From: Blasia pusilla | Taxonomy: Eukaryota | Assembly (NCBI GenBank): GCA_050084515.1 | Contig: CM114271.1 | Coordinates: 806,001-870,000 of the forward strand | DNA: 64,000 nucleotides | Reading direction: 5' to 3' | The notes under the pieces: generated by a model | Database searches by the model: none | What the model saw: only the letters and a program-made list of their open reading frames with translations | Told to the model about the DNA's origin: nothing | Shown here: piece after piece, positions 26,624-38,891 of the stretch | Position numbering within the stretch: the stretch's first letter is position 1 | Layout: every line of letters starts with the position of its first letter | Translations under genes and position numbers: made by a program

Positions 26624-28318
26624 AAGAAGTTAAAGAAGTACCTTCATGATTTTTTTATTATATCTTGTCTTATATCATTAGGAGGTTGACACTCTTCTTT
26701 CGTTTAAATTTAAATTTATGGAAGGCCTTTTGGGAGGGATAGGGGCAAAGTCTTCGTAAAAGATTACTTGGTGGTCCCATGGTAGGATATGACCACCCCT
26801 CATGGAATTATTTTCCATAGGAATATGATTTTCATAAAATATTGGTACAACTTGGATACGTGAAAACATAAGCACCACTCAATGCAATTGTAACATGACA
26901 AATATCTCTCTTATGTGTGATTCACTAATAAATAAATTAAAGATTTTGACCATAAATCTTCTTAGATCTAAATAAGTAAAAAATGGAAAAGAAAATCTAT
27001 AAAAAATTGAATTGGTTTATGGTCAAAATATTTCAAAATATTAAACAAAAATAAAAAATCATTTAGGGTCTACTACTAAGTTCCGTGTACAGACCAAGAA
27101 GAAAGAGAGTTGGAAATGAATGGTCAATCACTCCACTCCAAAATAAATATACTCAAAGTAACAAATGCAACCCCTTGTAGGATTTAGAAAAAAATTGTGT
27201 CTAGATGAGGAAGGAGTCTTCATTCACCCTTGAGAGGATCACTTAGAATAATCTACTCAATTTTGTGAAAAAAAAATGAGAGAAAGATGAGAATAGTATA
27301 TGATGAAAAAAGTTCCTATGTAAATTCCATGGTATCTCATAAAGTAGGTGAGCATCTTTCTCACCCTTTCTCATTCGTGTATTGCAAGCAATCACTCCCA
27401 TATTAGATATTTGATTTGATTTGATTCCAGTTTTTTCATCCACATGAAACCTGGTTAGGATAAGGAGAGTTTTAAATGTGAGTTTTGTCACTTAGCAAGA
27501 ATATTTGCACAAGTTTAGGAGAGGTCACTTTTCTTTTCTTTTCTTTTGTTTCATTGTCAATTTCCTAATATAGAGAGGAAGACTCTTCAATGTGTGTATT
27601 AGTCAACCAGCATAGATGCATCATACATGCCTATTTTGAGATAGGGAGTGGTTACTTTTTGGGGTTCTTTTATCTTAATTTCATGATAGGGGTATTTGGA
27701 ATAATAAATGCTCTAAGCAAGCTCCCATTTCTATTCCAATTTTAGCTGAAGAAGCACTAGAACACTTTCCCTAACCTTTCTTATTCATGCTTCCAAGAAA
27801 TTGCCCTCGCTCTCATTTTCGTAATTTTAGTCCACACTAAACCTAATTTGGATTACTAGACCCCTTCAATGTATGTGTTAGTGACCTATACAAGATCCTA
27901 TGTTTTCCTATGATGTCCTTATGTTTCATTTATTTTTCTAAATTTGATTAAAGGATGTTTAATCTTTTATACTAAAATTTTAAAATACAAATAAAAAACC
28001 AAAAATTGACCCAAATGGCTTCCACCCAAAACAGAAATCCCAAACCCCAGTAAATTACGAAAGAATTAGTAAAGTATTATGCATAGTGAATTTTTTCCCA
28101 CAATAAAATAAAATAATTTAAATTAAAATAAAATCAATAAACCAAAAACTAATCCAAATGGCTTCCACCCTATAACTTCCTAGCCTCATCCAATAAAGAA
28201 GGAATTAGAAACATGTTGTCTACACTCAATTTCTTTTCGACACTAGAATGAATTGTAATATGATAATAAATATCTGGCAAAGTGAGGAGAGACCAACAAA
28301 GCAATCCTCCCGGTAGTA

Positions 28319-29101
28319 TCTATATAATAATGGGCGACCCCTTATGGACAATAAGATAAAATAGTGGGACAAGAAGACGAAAGAGCAACATGGCATACTC
28401 TTGTTCATTCCATATTAGATGGGTTAAGAAGTAAGATAGGTAAGCAAAATGAATTTGAGTGGAATAGGAAAAAAATTTAATTAATTAATTAATACTATAA
28501 TGAGTAATCCTAAGTGTGTAATAAGAAAAAATAGTGGATAATTTTTAAAATTTATCCCTTAATTAATATTTGATGGGAAGGGAAAGGGAATTTTAATGGA
28601 GGTGAGTAGATATTGTTTAAATTTTATGGAATGATGGAATTATTTAGGGGAAAGGGATATTTTTAAAATTTTAATTGAAGAGTGGAATTAGTTAGAAGAG
28701 TGAAATGTTGTTACTCTTCTAGTAAAATGGAAAAAAATTTTATTTTTAAATGAAAAATATGTTTATTTTTTAAAATAATCATGTTAATTCACATTTGATA
28801 TTTGGGAAAGGAAAACGAATATGAATGGAAAAGGGAAATTATTTCATTAATTAAAATTAACTAATAATTTAGTTAGTGGATGTTATCTTGGTGGGAAGAG
28901 TGGCAAGGGAAGAGTAGATATTATTCAAAATTTTATGGAGGAATGGCATTATTTAGGAGAGTTGAATATTATTTAAAAGTGAAATGTTATTAATCTTCTA
29001 AGATTTTAAAAACTGAAAATTATACCTAAATTTTGAAATGAAAAAAAATTCTAAATTATGAAAGAATCTTTTTTGTGCACAAGCACAGGCATGATAACTA
29101 G
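28319..29101 (+). mobile_element. AT-rich non-autonomous Helitron
   Basis: A|TCTATATAATAATGGG start; TGTGCACAAGCACA hairpin followed by CTAG|T. Confidence 0.6.
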
Positions 29102-30770
29102 TATAGATTAAGACGAAAGTACAAGAGGGCCTACGAATTTGAGCAATACTTTGATTCCATCCGATGGAGTTTGTATCATGTCAATCGCTTGTGAGAGAGA
29201 GAGGGTTTGCGATGAGTGGGTTGGTGAGGGGCTAGGTGAGGGGTACTTATTTACAATACCACTTCTACCAAATATTACTCCACCGTACGTAATCTTTAGG
29301 TGTTGGGCTTTGTCTAGAGTGCAAGACTGCGAACAACAAGAAAATAAAAAAACAAACCGATAAATTTAGAACCCTACTAGAATGGGAATCTTAAGATTGG
29401 GTTTTTGGGATGAAAATGTTTCTTTTCTTTTCTTAAGAAGGGGAGTCCCAAGTAAGAAGAACCGGGGTTACCGATTGACATGGCTCGTTGAAATCGAGAA
29501 TTTATGTTTTTCTTTCTATATTTCTGAAATTCTAGAAAGAGAAAGTTATATTGTTTTATTTTATGTTACGTAAACAACTGAAACTAGAAAATTTATAAAA
29601 TTATCATACGACAATATAAATATTGGAAAAGTACCAATTCCCTAAAATAACTTCGTTACGTTTGTCTCAAGTTATTGGAAGTGAGAGTTATGTGGGGAAG
29701 GCTCTTCATGAGTTGTATATTTAGAAAGAAAAATAAATTAGCATTTCTTGAAACTTTTGCATGTTCTCAAAAGCATTTTTTAGATTCTCATGTTGTTACA
29801 AGAATGTTGGTTTAGGTTGAAAGCAAAGTTGTTATGATTTCATGACTATGTCAAATATATGGTTGGGTTTCTTTATTTGCAAGAGGGGAATTCCTACAAG
29901 ATGCTCAAAAGTACGTGAGTACCAAATTTTATTTCGAGTGTCTTAAGGAATCCTCCCAACAAGTTCCATCATGGAGTTTCAATAAAGCAATAGTAGAGCT
30001 CATGTTGCACTTTTTTTGTTTAAAAACTTTCCGACATCAAATTCTAGTTTAATTTCCCCATTAAGATAAATGAGAATCATTTCCTATGAAAAAGACATGC
30101 TTCGAAAGACTATGTTCAAGGTTGAAGGATATCATATGTATCTAATATATGCTTGGAAAGCCTATGTTTAGAGTTTAGGGATGTCGAACATATCAAGCAT
30201 GTGCCTACATATGTTATGTTTTCAAAACATGAGGGTTTTATTGGAAAAGGCCCTCTCTTAGATACCTTGCACTTCTTACTTTACGAGTAGATTTAAATTT
30301 TGACTTGCAAAATTTTTAATGTGGTCATGGAAATACACATGAATCACTCAAAGTGTTGAAAATCAAGAAGGTGTCCTCTACTGATTGCGTGGATATTCAT
30401 CAAATGTCAATGAAATTCATTTTCTATGTAAAGGTTATTTTTTTGCACAATCATATCATATTGTTGTTCCCACACCACCATTTTTCGAATAACATGGAAT
30501 GAATAACTTTGGGTTTCTCTTAGTCTCCATATAAACTATTAGTAAAGAATCCTAAAAATGTTTTGCAAAAGTAGTGGAAAAAGATTGGATGATTTTGGAT
30601 CCTTCTTATATCTTTTTATTAAATTAAATATCGAGATTCCGTTGCTATGAAATTGAAAAAATGACATCTAAAGTTTTCTTTCATGCTTATAGTGAAAAAT
30701 AAATTAAAGGAATCAACTAGATTTTTTTAGATGAAAATTTGTGATTTATCATAGAAACTTGATAAATGGA

Positions 30771-30771
30771 G

Positions 30772-30843
<72 letters not shown>
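30771..30843. repeat. (AG)n microsatellite
   Basis: Direct inspection. Confidence 0.95.
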
Positions 30844-30847
<4 letters not shown>

Positions 30848-32309
30848 GAAAAGAAGACATGTCAGACCTTTGTCAACTTTGATCAAAGTTGGATACATGA
30901 AAACTTTTTCCAAAAGAAATTAGAGGTACAAAAGAGTACAGTAAACAATTTGGTCAACTAATCACTAGTAATATTGTTGAATACAAATGAGCTAAAAAAA
31001 ACCTCAAATGAGTGATGTTGAATATTTTTCTAGGACTCTTATAGAGCATTTGGTTGTAAAATAGAGTCTAGTTTTTTATGGATCTAATCATGAATTTCTT
31101 CCATGCCATAAGATTATACTTTCTCATATACCTCATGATCACAGCAACAAGTGTTTTATGAATCCTATTTTCTTCTCACCTCCTCTTGGACTTTAGTTAG
31201 GGACTTGGTGTAGTTTATATGACTTTTATCTCTTCTATGTTACAAACATGATGCATATGCAAAGACATGGAATATTAGAATTCTATATGAGCATGTTGTT
31301 ATGCTCTTTATTGCATTGGATCAAATATATTGAAAAGAAAAAAACACTTCTTTCTCATGCATCAACCATTTTCTATTGGAAATTAATATTATGTCATTTT
31401 ATGTGACTTAATACAAAGCTATTTGTGTGAATGCCTAGTGATATCCCAAAACCTAGAGTCCATATTCTCTAGTAAGTATGTACACATAATATTTCATTAT
31501 TATTTTCATAAAATATTATACATAGAAAATTTTAATATTTCATCATGATCCTTCAATAGGATTAAAATCATATGGTATGATTTTTGAAAAAAATGTGAAG
31601 CTTTATTCCATATTTTTATTTTAAAATATTTTAAAAATAATATTTATGTATTATTTTGGATAAATTAATCTAGAGTTGAATTGTACACGATTTTATAGTA
31701 AGAATAAATTATCAATTTTAGAGGAAAAATTAGAAGTAGTCAAAGAAATGGAAGAAGGCAATATGGAAAGCAAACGAGTCAGTTGGATAATTGTAAATGT
31801 AACATAATTATAAATGTAACATGATGTATCATAATAACACATGTATTTTTCTGGATATCTGGAGACATGCATTTTGTAGAATTTGACTATCGAGTTTTAC
31901 ATCCTTGATTACCTAATTTTGCAACATATCATACATTTTTTATATCTTTATAGAGTGATTGAGCAATAGAAGCTAATGGTCATATGTAAGACATAAGGAA
32001 TATCACAAGTGTCAATCAATTTTGAATTCAATTCATATTTTAAATTTTGAGCTGAAATCATAAAGAGGGGCTTTAGAGATAGGTTTTTAGAGTACGTGAC
32101 CACACTAGTTTTGACATGTGTAAACAAAAGGTTTAGCTTTAATTTTCTTATACATGAGCTTTTCAAATTAATCTTTACTCAAGAGCGTATTTCTTGTATG
32201 CTTAGAATTTTAGCCTCCCATGATCGGATCCTCTCCATTAATGGTCAATTCATGACCTAGTTTTACTATAGCTTAGAGCATCTTGGGGACTAGTTTTTAA
32301 AATTTGTAT

Positions 32310-32623
32310 CATGGTTGCACATAAACAGACAAGTCCGTCCCTAAGACGGACATGGACGGACAATTTGGGATACGTCCACGTACATGGATTGAAAAAGATG
32401 GGGCTCACACTTATAGTTCATGGTGAAAGGCATGGCAAGGAAGGGTGGGGAAAATAGTGGGAGGGAGAAAAAATTTGAGAAAGTGCGGATAATGAAGGCA
32501 AATGGGGGGATGAGAAAGAAGGGGGAGATGGGGCCCACATTGACAAGTCCTTCTATAGGACGGACGTAAGTCCACAGATATGGACATGTACTTGGACACA
32601 AAATTGTTCCATATGCAACTGTA
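32310..32623 (-). mobile_element. hAT-type MITE (about 314 bp)
   Basis: Termini CATGGTTGCA...TGCAACTGTA; 8-bp TSD ATTTGTAT/AATTGTAT (7/8). Inverted relative to the 46311 copy. Confidence 0.8.
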
Positions 32624-33883
32624 AATTGTATGCTCAAAGACATGGTGAACTTGATTGAACTTCATAAATAAATTATTTAAAAATTAATACTTTATTGGTT
32701 TTGTTCCCAAAAATTGAGTTTAAATCGGTCTTGTGTTCATAAATCCAATCTTTGCTAGATTTATTTTGAAAAATTGGATAGACCTTAATAAGTGGCAATA
32801 GGTTGAATGCTCAATCAAAAAATTTCTTTCAAAGAGAATACAAATTGAGTCTCTAATGTTCATATTTTCTTATGCCCTAAAATTGATCCTTTATTGATTG
32901 CTAAATACAATGGGCAGTAGAATTTCATAGATTGATTTTTAAAGGCAATTCCACATGAAAATTTATCATCAAGTAATGTTGAATGTTGAGCGACAATACA
33001 TATATGGCATTTCAACGTTACATTTCAATATTGTTACAAATATATTGAAATGTTGAGCGACAATACATATATGGCCTTTCAATTTTCTTATATCTTTGAT
33101 AAAAAAGAATTAAAGAGAATTTTTGACATCTCAAGTAATCCCTTGGATGTCCTCAATGCATGATAATGTAGAAAGTCATATTTTTATTTTCTTAAAATAA
33201 ATTACTAAAAGAAATCATGGTTTGAAAGGAATTTTTCCAACTAGATAAGTTCTACTATCAAAACCTTGAATGAGGCACTTAGAGAGGTATCTCGTGGGGT
33301 CATGCTTGTGCATTATGTCCTTGAAAGTAAGGAGTTATTGAAATCCCCTAATGTATATCCACCTCATAAGGTACCCCATTCTTCCAAGATAATCCCTATG
33401 ATCTAAACCTTGAACGAGTTTACACTAAGTTAACTCCCTCTCAATCCATATTAGACAACCTAAAATCAATGATAAAAGATTGAGACCGGATTAGATCTAT
33501 GGCATAATGAACCAATACGAAAAATTTCAAACATTTCAATATTGTTACAAAAACAAATTTTCATGAGACCCGACTATAAAAGGTGAATTTGGACTGCTTA
33601 AGGATGAATTTACCGAGATAAAATCATTTACCAACAGATAATCGAATAATTTCTAATGGAGAGATTTCTTTTCTAAATATCAAAGACCCCCATGACATTT
33701 TCTATACCATAATTTTTTGATGAAAAAAAATAGACAAACCCCACGGTCACAACGAAAATGCGAGTTGCCCATGGGATCATTCTAAAAAAGAGGCCTAGGG
33801 TTTGGGGAGTTTTTTTGTGGGACACGATAGATTTTTGAGAATTTTCAATTGGAAATAGCAATTCGAGATCCTATTTAGAGATA

Positions 33884-34069
33884 CTAATTGGTGCCCATGC
33901 GATGCACGAATTTAAAATAATACATAATTTTGAATCGTCCATCCAAAGTGTACAATTGAATTTGAACAATCCTATTAATTTAGAAAGCTAGCGATTCTAT
34001 TTGCTAGAAAGGACATGTGTCAAGAGGAGAGATGATCTCAAAATGAAGAGGCACTCTCCTATAATAATA
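33884..34069 (-). mobile_element. Non-autonomous Helitron remnant whose 5' end is interrupted by the 34070 Helitron
   Basis: Minus-strand 3' end CGTGCATCGCATGGGCACCAATTAGT; the 5' end TATTATTATAGGAGAG resembles the terminus near 45437. Confidence 0.5.
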
Positions 34070-34252
34070 TCTATACTATTATCAGAGGAGTGATTTTCAA
34101 ATGGCGACACCGGAGAATTCACTTCGTGTCTTTTGAATCCAGAATGTACAATGCGTGGCGTGAGCATTCATGCAAGGGGGAATTCAAATAGCGAAACGGG
34201 CGTTCACAGTTAGGGATCGTGTATCGCACGGTTCCTCACAAGGCCTAACTAG
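34070..34252 (+). mobile_element. Short non-autonomous Helitron (183 bp)
   Basis: A|TC start, CGTGTATCGCACG hairpin, CTAG|T end. Homologous to 24266-24446. Confidence 0.8.
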
Positions 34253-34416
34253 TAAATGATATACAAAGAAGCAAATCGTACAAATTTTTGGTAGGCAACT
34301 TTAAACCAAACCCGAAATTCTCAATTTTAATATGCTAGTTTTTACTCCTAAACCCGGATTTCCCCTAACATTGATGGCCTTAAGATAAACAGAAGTCCTA
34401 CAAGTGAAAAAGGCAT

Positions 34417-35253
34417 CGCACCACTTACCTACACTACAGCGATGCGGTTCCAACTGGGCCTGCCCCAACCAATGGTGGTTGGTTCGACACATTACGAGTG
34501 TCGCTGGAGTCTGGATCCACTTGGTGTGCATTTGGTCCAGTTGGGGGTAAGAGGATAGCCACTCACGATGCAGTACGGGATATTATGTTCTCTATTGCTC
34601 GGGAGAGTGGATTCCATGTACAGAGAGAGAGGCACTACTTCAAGCGTGATTCCCTTATTCGTGCTGATCTGTACATGACGAGGGAGTCTGAGGTGGTGGT
34701 AGCGGATGTTGTAGTGACGGATCCTACGCGGGAGTCGGTGCGAGCCCAAGTGGTGGCACAAGGGAGATTGCTACAAGGAGCGGCGGTGGCGGTCAAGAAG
34801 ACCCACATTTATAGTCGGCTTCATGACGGACATCGATTTATTCCCCTAGCCATTGAGATGTACGGGGCTATGGAGGAGAGGTTTGACTCGTTCCTTACGG
34901 ATTGCGCCCATCATCTCCAGTCGAGAAATGGGTTGTCCTTAGCCACTACGATAATTTATTGTAGGCAACGGGTCTCCATAGCTTTGCAACATGCCTAAGA
35001 AAATGGGCTTTTGCGGCGGACCTAGGCGGTTGGAGACGCCAATACTAGAGGCCCACTTAGTAGTAATCATAATTCTCTAGGTGTTGCTGATATTATCTCT
35101 GCTGTTGGTGATTTTGGTCGTTAGGAGAGAAGATCCCCTTCTTTCTCCTCGGGGCTGGTTTTGGCCCCTTGAGATTTTTTTTCTCAATATATCCCCCTCA
35201 TTTGTATAATGATGGGTTTCCCATCCTTTTTCTATTTATTATATATATTTATC
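34417..35253 (+). mobile_element. 5'-truncated RLE-type non-LTR retrotransposon (CRE-like) retaining the Zn-knuckle and restriction-like endonuclease region
   Basis: AMRFQLGLP..LDPLGVHL, GGKRIATHDAVRD, RADL, VVADVVV, FIPLAIEMYG and RQRVSIALQ motifs. 17-bp TSD ACAAGTGAAAAAG(G/T)CAT at 34400-34416 and 35254-35270. Confidence 0.88.
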
Positions 35254-35924
35254 ACAAGTGAAAAAGTCATTCAGATGGTGCGTTTAATGAGGAGAACACT
35301 TTGGTACAAGGACTAACTTGAGGATTTTCTCAGCAACATCTCCTTCAGTGTCTAGCGAGGCCTTCGCAAAACAAGAACACGTGGCGCCGCCATTTCTGGA
35401 GCTACTGAAGCACTCACTGTATGGCAGCCGTTTTAGCCGTAACTAGATAAGCGTGGAAAGAGAGCGAAAGACATGTCAGGGATAGAGATGTCGTCTGGCA
35501 AGAACCCCGGAAAGGCGGAAAGTGTCAGCTTTTTCTGTCTCCAGAGTTGCCGGCACCTCCTTCGGGAAAGAAGGCAAGTAACAGTTTCGGACACTCTCTA
35601 CTGAGTCTACTCTTTACTAAGTCCGGACGGAAAAGCGCGGACGGACTGCAGTCACTGCACAGGTGGAGCTGATAAAAGTTGAACAGAGCGAGGTCAACGG
35701 AGTGATAGAGACCATTTAGCAGTGCATTAAAGTTTTCTTTTCCTCCCCATGGTCAGGTTTAACCTGAGACCAACACAGCGTTAGAACCGCAGGTACTGGC
35801 CTGAGGTTAAGTCTTAAAAAGTATTGGTCAATGGTTACTCGCTCTCCTCGCTCCTTGTCCCATCGGCTTAACTGAGCTTAACCAGCTAACTAACGGACTA
35901 ACTCAATCACCCTCCTTATAGCCA

Positions 35925-36069
35925 CTCTGATTAATTATATTTTATTGAAAAATGTAAAATAAAATCTCATCAAAGTAGAAAACCTCTTGTCCACTTAATG
36001 AGGACAAGAGGTTTTCTACTTTGATGAGATTTTATTTCACATTTTTCAATAAAACATAATTAATCAGAG
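35925..36069. repeat. Long inverted repeat (68-bp arms, 2 mismatches, 9-nt loop)
   Basis: Arms 35925-35992 and 36002-36069 are reverse complements. Confidence 0.92.
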
Positions 36070-36106
36070 ATTTATTTTGGATAAAAGGGATTTATTTTAA
36101 ATGTAC

Positions 36107-36190
36107 CATTTAAAATAAAATCTCCAGCAAAGTAGAAAATCTCTTGTCATCTATGAGGTTTTCTACTTTGATGGAGATTTATTTTAAATG
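36107..36190. repeat. Second, related fold-back hairpin flanked by 25-bp direct repeats
   Basis: Shares the CAAAGTAGAAAA/TTTTCTACTTTG core with the first hairpin. GAGATTTATTTTGGATAAAAGGGAT occurs at 36067 and 36202. Confidence 0.8.
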
Positions 36191-36759
36191 TACCATTTAC
36201 TGAGATTTATTTTGGATAAAAGGGATGGAAGTGAAAAATAAGAGGGGCTCACTTGGGGGGTTTTTCATGATTCTAACCCATTCAAATCTTCTATGAGTTC
36301 TACCTTGACCAAGTAAACTCATAGTGGGGACAAAAGAAATTAGTGTTAGCTCTTGGGTTGAATTTTCTTACTCGACATTCACACACTAATCCATTTCTAC
36401 AAAGTGTTTAGCGAACATAACTTTGGGGACATTGATCTAAATGTCATAAAATACAAACTTATGATTAAATTTTCTTGGGTAAATCATTCCGGATTGTATC
36501 CCTATTGCACCTTACCCCTTCAAAAGAACTAAAACATGTTGATTTCAATGTAAGATGCATGAAAATGGGGAGTAAGAGGTTCTTTTATTTTATTTTAAAT
36601 TGTCTTTATGGAATGCTCCACGAACTTAGTGGATAAACAAGTTTTCTATTTCCTTATGTCTTGTTAAAAAAATCCCTCTTTTCTTAATAGAAAATACAAA
36701 TCTTATACATACTACCTAGTAAACATGATGATGATGATAAGATATGTATACACACATAA

Positions 36760-37022
36760 ACATGCATATTGTGCCAATTTTTCTCTTGGACATTCATATT
36801 TCATGAGTTTGAATCCTTTCACCCCCCTTCTCTCTCATCCCCCCACTTGCCTTCGAGATAAAAAATTTCTTGTTTCTTCCTCCTCTCACCTCCACTCCAT
36901 CCCGAATTATGGCCTTTCCTTGCTTTCCACCATTAACTATAAGTGTGGGCCCCACCTTTTGCAATTCATGTCCATGAACATGTCCAAACTTGTCCGTCCA
37001 TCTCCATTTTTGTGCAACCATG
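36760..37022 (+). mobile_element. MITE family copy with degraded left end
   Basis: Right TIR TGCAACCATG ends at 37022; internal similarity to 46311-46628. Confidence 0.7.
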
Positions 37023-37029
37023 TAGATGT

Positions 37030-37410
37030 GTTGTCTCATGCTCAAGAGGTTCAGCAAAGAGAGAATAAGCTCTCCAAGCTCAATCTCCTTGAGGTATACC
37101 CTCTCTCCCCAAGTCTTCACTTTCGTGACCTACGCATGCATGTTGTCAACTTGTCACTTGATCTTGAGTATACAATAGTGGTTCAAGAGCCATTTTTCAC
37201 AAATAGAAAGTCAAAGCTTACATAATTAGGCTACTTACCTAGAATAATAAGTTCCTCATATGATCTCCAAATGGGTCTACATGAAGGGTAAACCTATTTA
37301 GCAAGTTACTGTACTTCCCTATAGATCATCCACTAGAGTTTTTGTGCGACGCCATGGTCATTACCATGGCATCGCACAAAAACTCAATTTTCCACTATAA
37401 AAGATGTGAC
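37030..37410 (-). repeat. Diverged LTR fragment of the DNMT-Gypsy family
   Basis: Similar to 5805-6176 (AAAGAGAGAAT..CAAGCTC..CCTTGAG..TACTTACCTA..AAGTTCCTCA..TAAAAGATGTGAC). Confidence 0.75.
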
Positions 37411-37614
37411 TAGGATATTTATCTCAACTTTCTCCTCTTTCGTTATCTCTCGTCAATTTTAGCTTCAATCTTCTTTGATGGATGCCCATTGTGAGGCTTC
37501 TTTTTAGAGAAACTATATTTGAAGTGGGTATGTCCATGGAGGTTTAAGCCCATATTCACTCCTACTTTGGGAAGAGGGTTGGCTCATGGGTGAGTGATCT
37601 CCAGGTCTCCCCCT

Positions 37615-38000
37615 CATTGTAGAATTTTATTTGAGTAGACTTATCTATGACGCAAGAGACTAAGTGGTAGTGGAAAACACGAAGTCATGTATCTTATACA
37701 ATAGTCACTTTCGGAACATGTGGTAGCACAAGGGAGATTCCTACACTGAATAATGGTAGGGAAAAACACTTAACTTTACAGTTGTCTTCGTGAAAGACAC
37801 TACTCAGTCCCATGCGCTAAAGAAAGGTCTGGTTAGCTATTGCGCCCCCATAATATAGACAAGGAGTCTCCATTGCTTTGAAGTATGCCCAACCCAATGT
37901 GCTTATGTAGTCGGCTTAGGTGGACTATAAGTCCTATTGTTGGTAGTCATGTTCATTTAATTTTTGTCGATAATGTTTATGATGTTGGGGAAATGAGATT
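37615..38000 (+). pseudogene. Highly decayed second copy of the RLE non-LTR element
   Basis: GTAGCACAAGGGAGATTCCTACA and GTCTCCATTGCTTTGAAGTATGCC match sequence at about 34753 and 34972. Confidence 0.6.
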
Positions 38001-38124
38001 TTAATGGGTTGCCCCATTCCGTCTCCCCCCTCCAATTGTGACATGGGAGACTCTTTCAATTCCCCCATTCTATTTTATTCATGTCCTCCATATACTTTCC
38101 TTTCCTCTTCTCAATCCATCCATC

Positions 38125-38891
38125 CAAGGCTCGGACAGTACCGGCATCCTTTGTAAAGGCTGCCGGCAGAAATGAAGATTTTCCGACAACCAGCTTTTAG
38201 GCCCGGGGACAAAACCGGAGAGGGAAGAGGTAGCGCCGGCAGTGAGAGTGCTGAAGTCTTGAACGCCGGCCAGATTTGACGGCCGGTTGGACTTTCCGCG
38301 CAGTGTAACGGGATGTATTCAAACCGCCAAGCATTTTTCCGACCGGAGGAAGGAGGTGCGGGCCGGCAGTGTCAAGAGGGTAGTGGACAAGGGGGAGTGT
38401 GCGAGTTCATCCGGCCGTCCCTTCTAGGGTGCGGATGATCGGAATCATCGGACGGCAAAGTGGGAACTTCGGGACTTGCGAGTCGGGGAGAGAGGGAGGG
38501 GGAGTAGGGTCGAGCCCGGTCGACCGTGTTCGTCTCATTTGCAAATGAGACCGTGTTCGACTTTTTTGCAGAAAATTCTCTCGAGCCTGCTCTCTCCTCC
38601 TGGTTGCTTTCTTTCTGCGGGCCGCGTGACTTGCGTCAGTGCTTTTTCGTGCAACCGCTGCAAATGGCTCGTTGTCGCTTTGGGCGCCATACCGCAAATG
38701 TCGCTCGCCGCCGTCTTGGGCGCCTAGGGATCGGACTCATCGGAGCTTCAGCCTTCTCGTTAATCTCTCAGCATTGCGGCAAAGACAGACAAGCACCCTC
38801 ATCGGCTCATCCTCATCGTGCTCTCTGTCTCAGACGCTGCCACAGTTCGGTGACCTTCGGAAGTTCGGATGCTGGTACTGTCCGAGCCTTG
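38125..38891. mobile_element. Non-autonomous TIR element (hAT-related) with 25-bp TIRs
   Basis: CAAGGCTCGGACAGTACCGGCATCC ... GGATGCTGGTACTGTCCGAGCCTTG (1 mismatch); no TSD seen. Confidence 0.8.

Noticed and set aside
32982-33082. Short duplication AATGTTGAGCGACAATACATATATGGC
   Set aside because: An ordinary local duplication in AT-rich DNA with no further structure.
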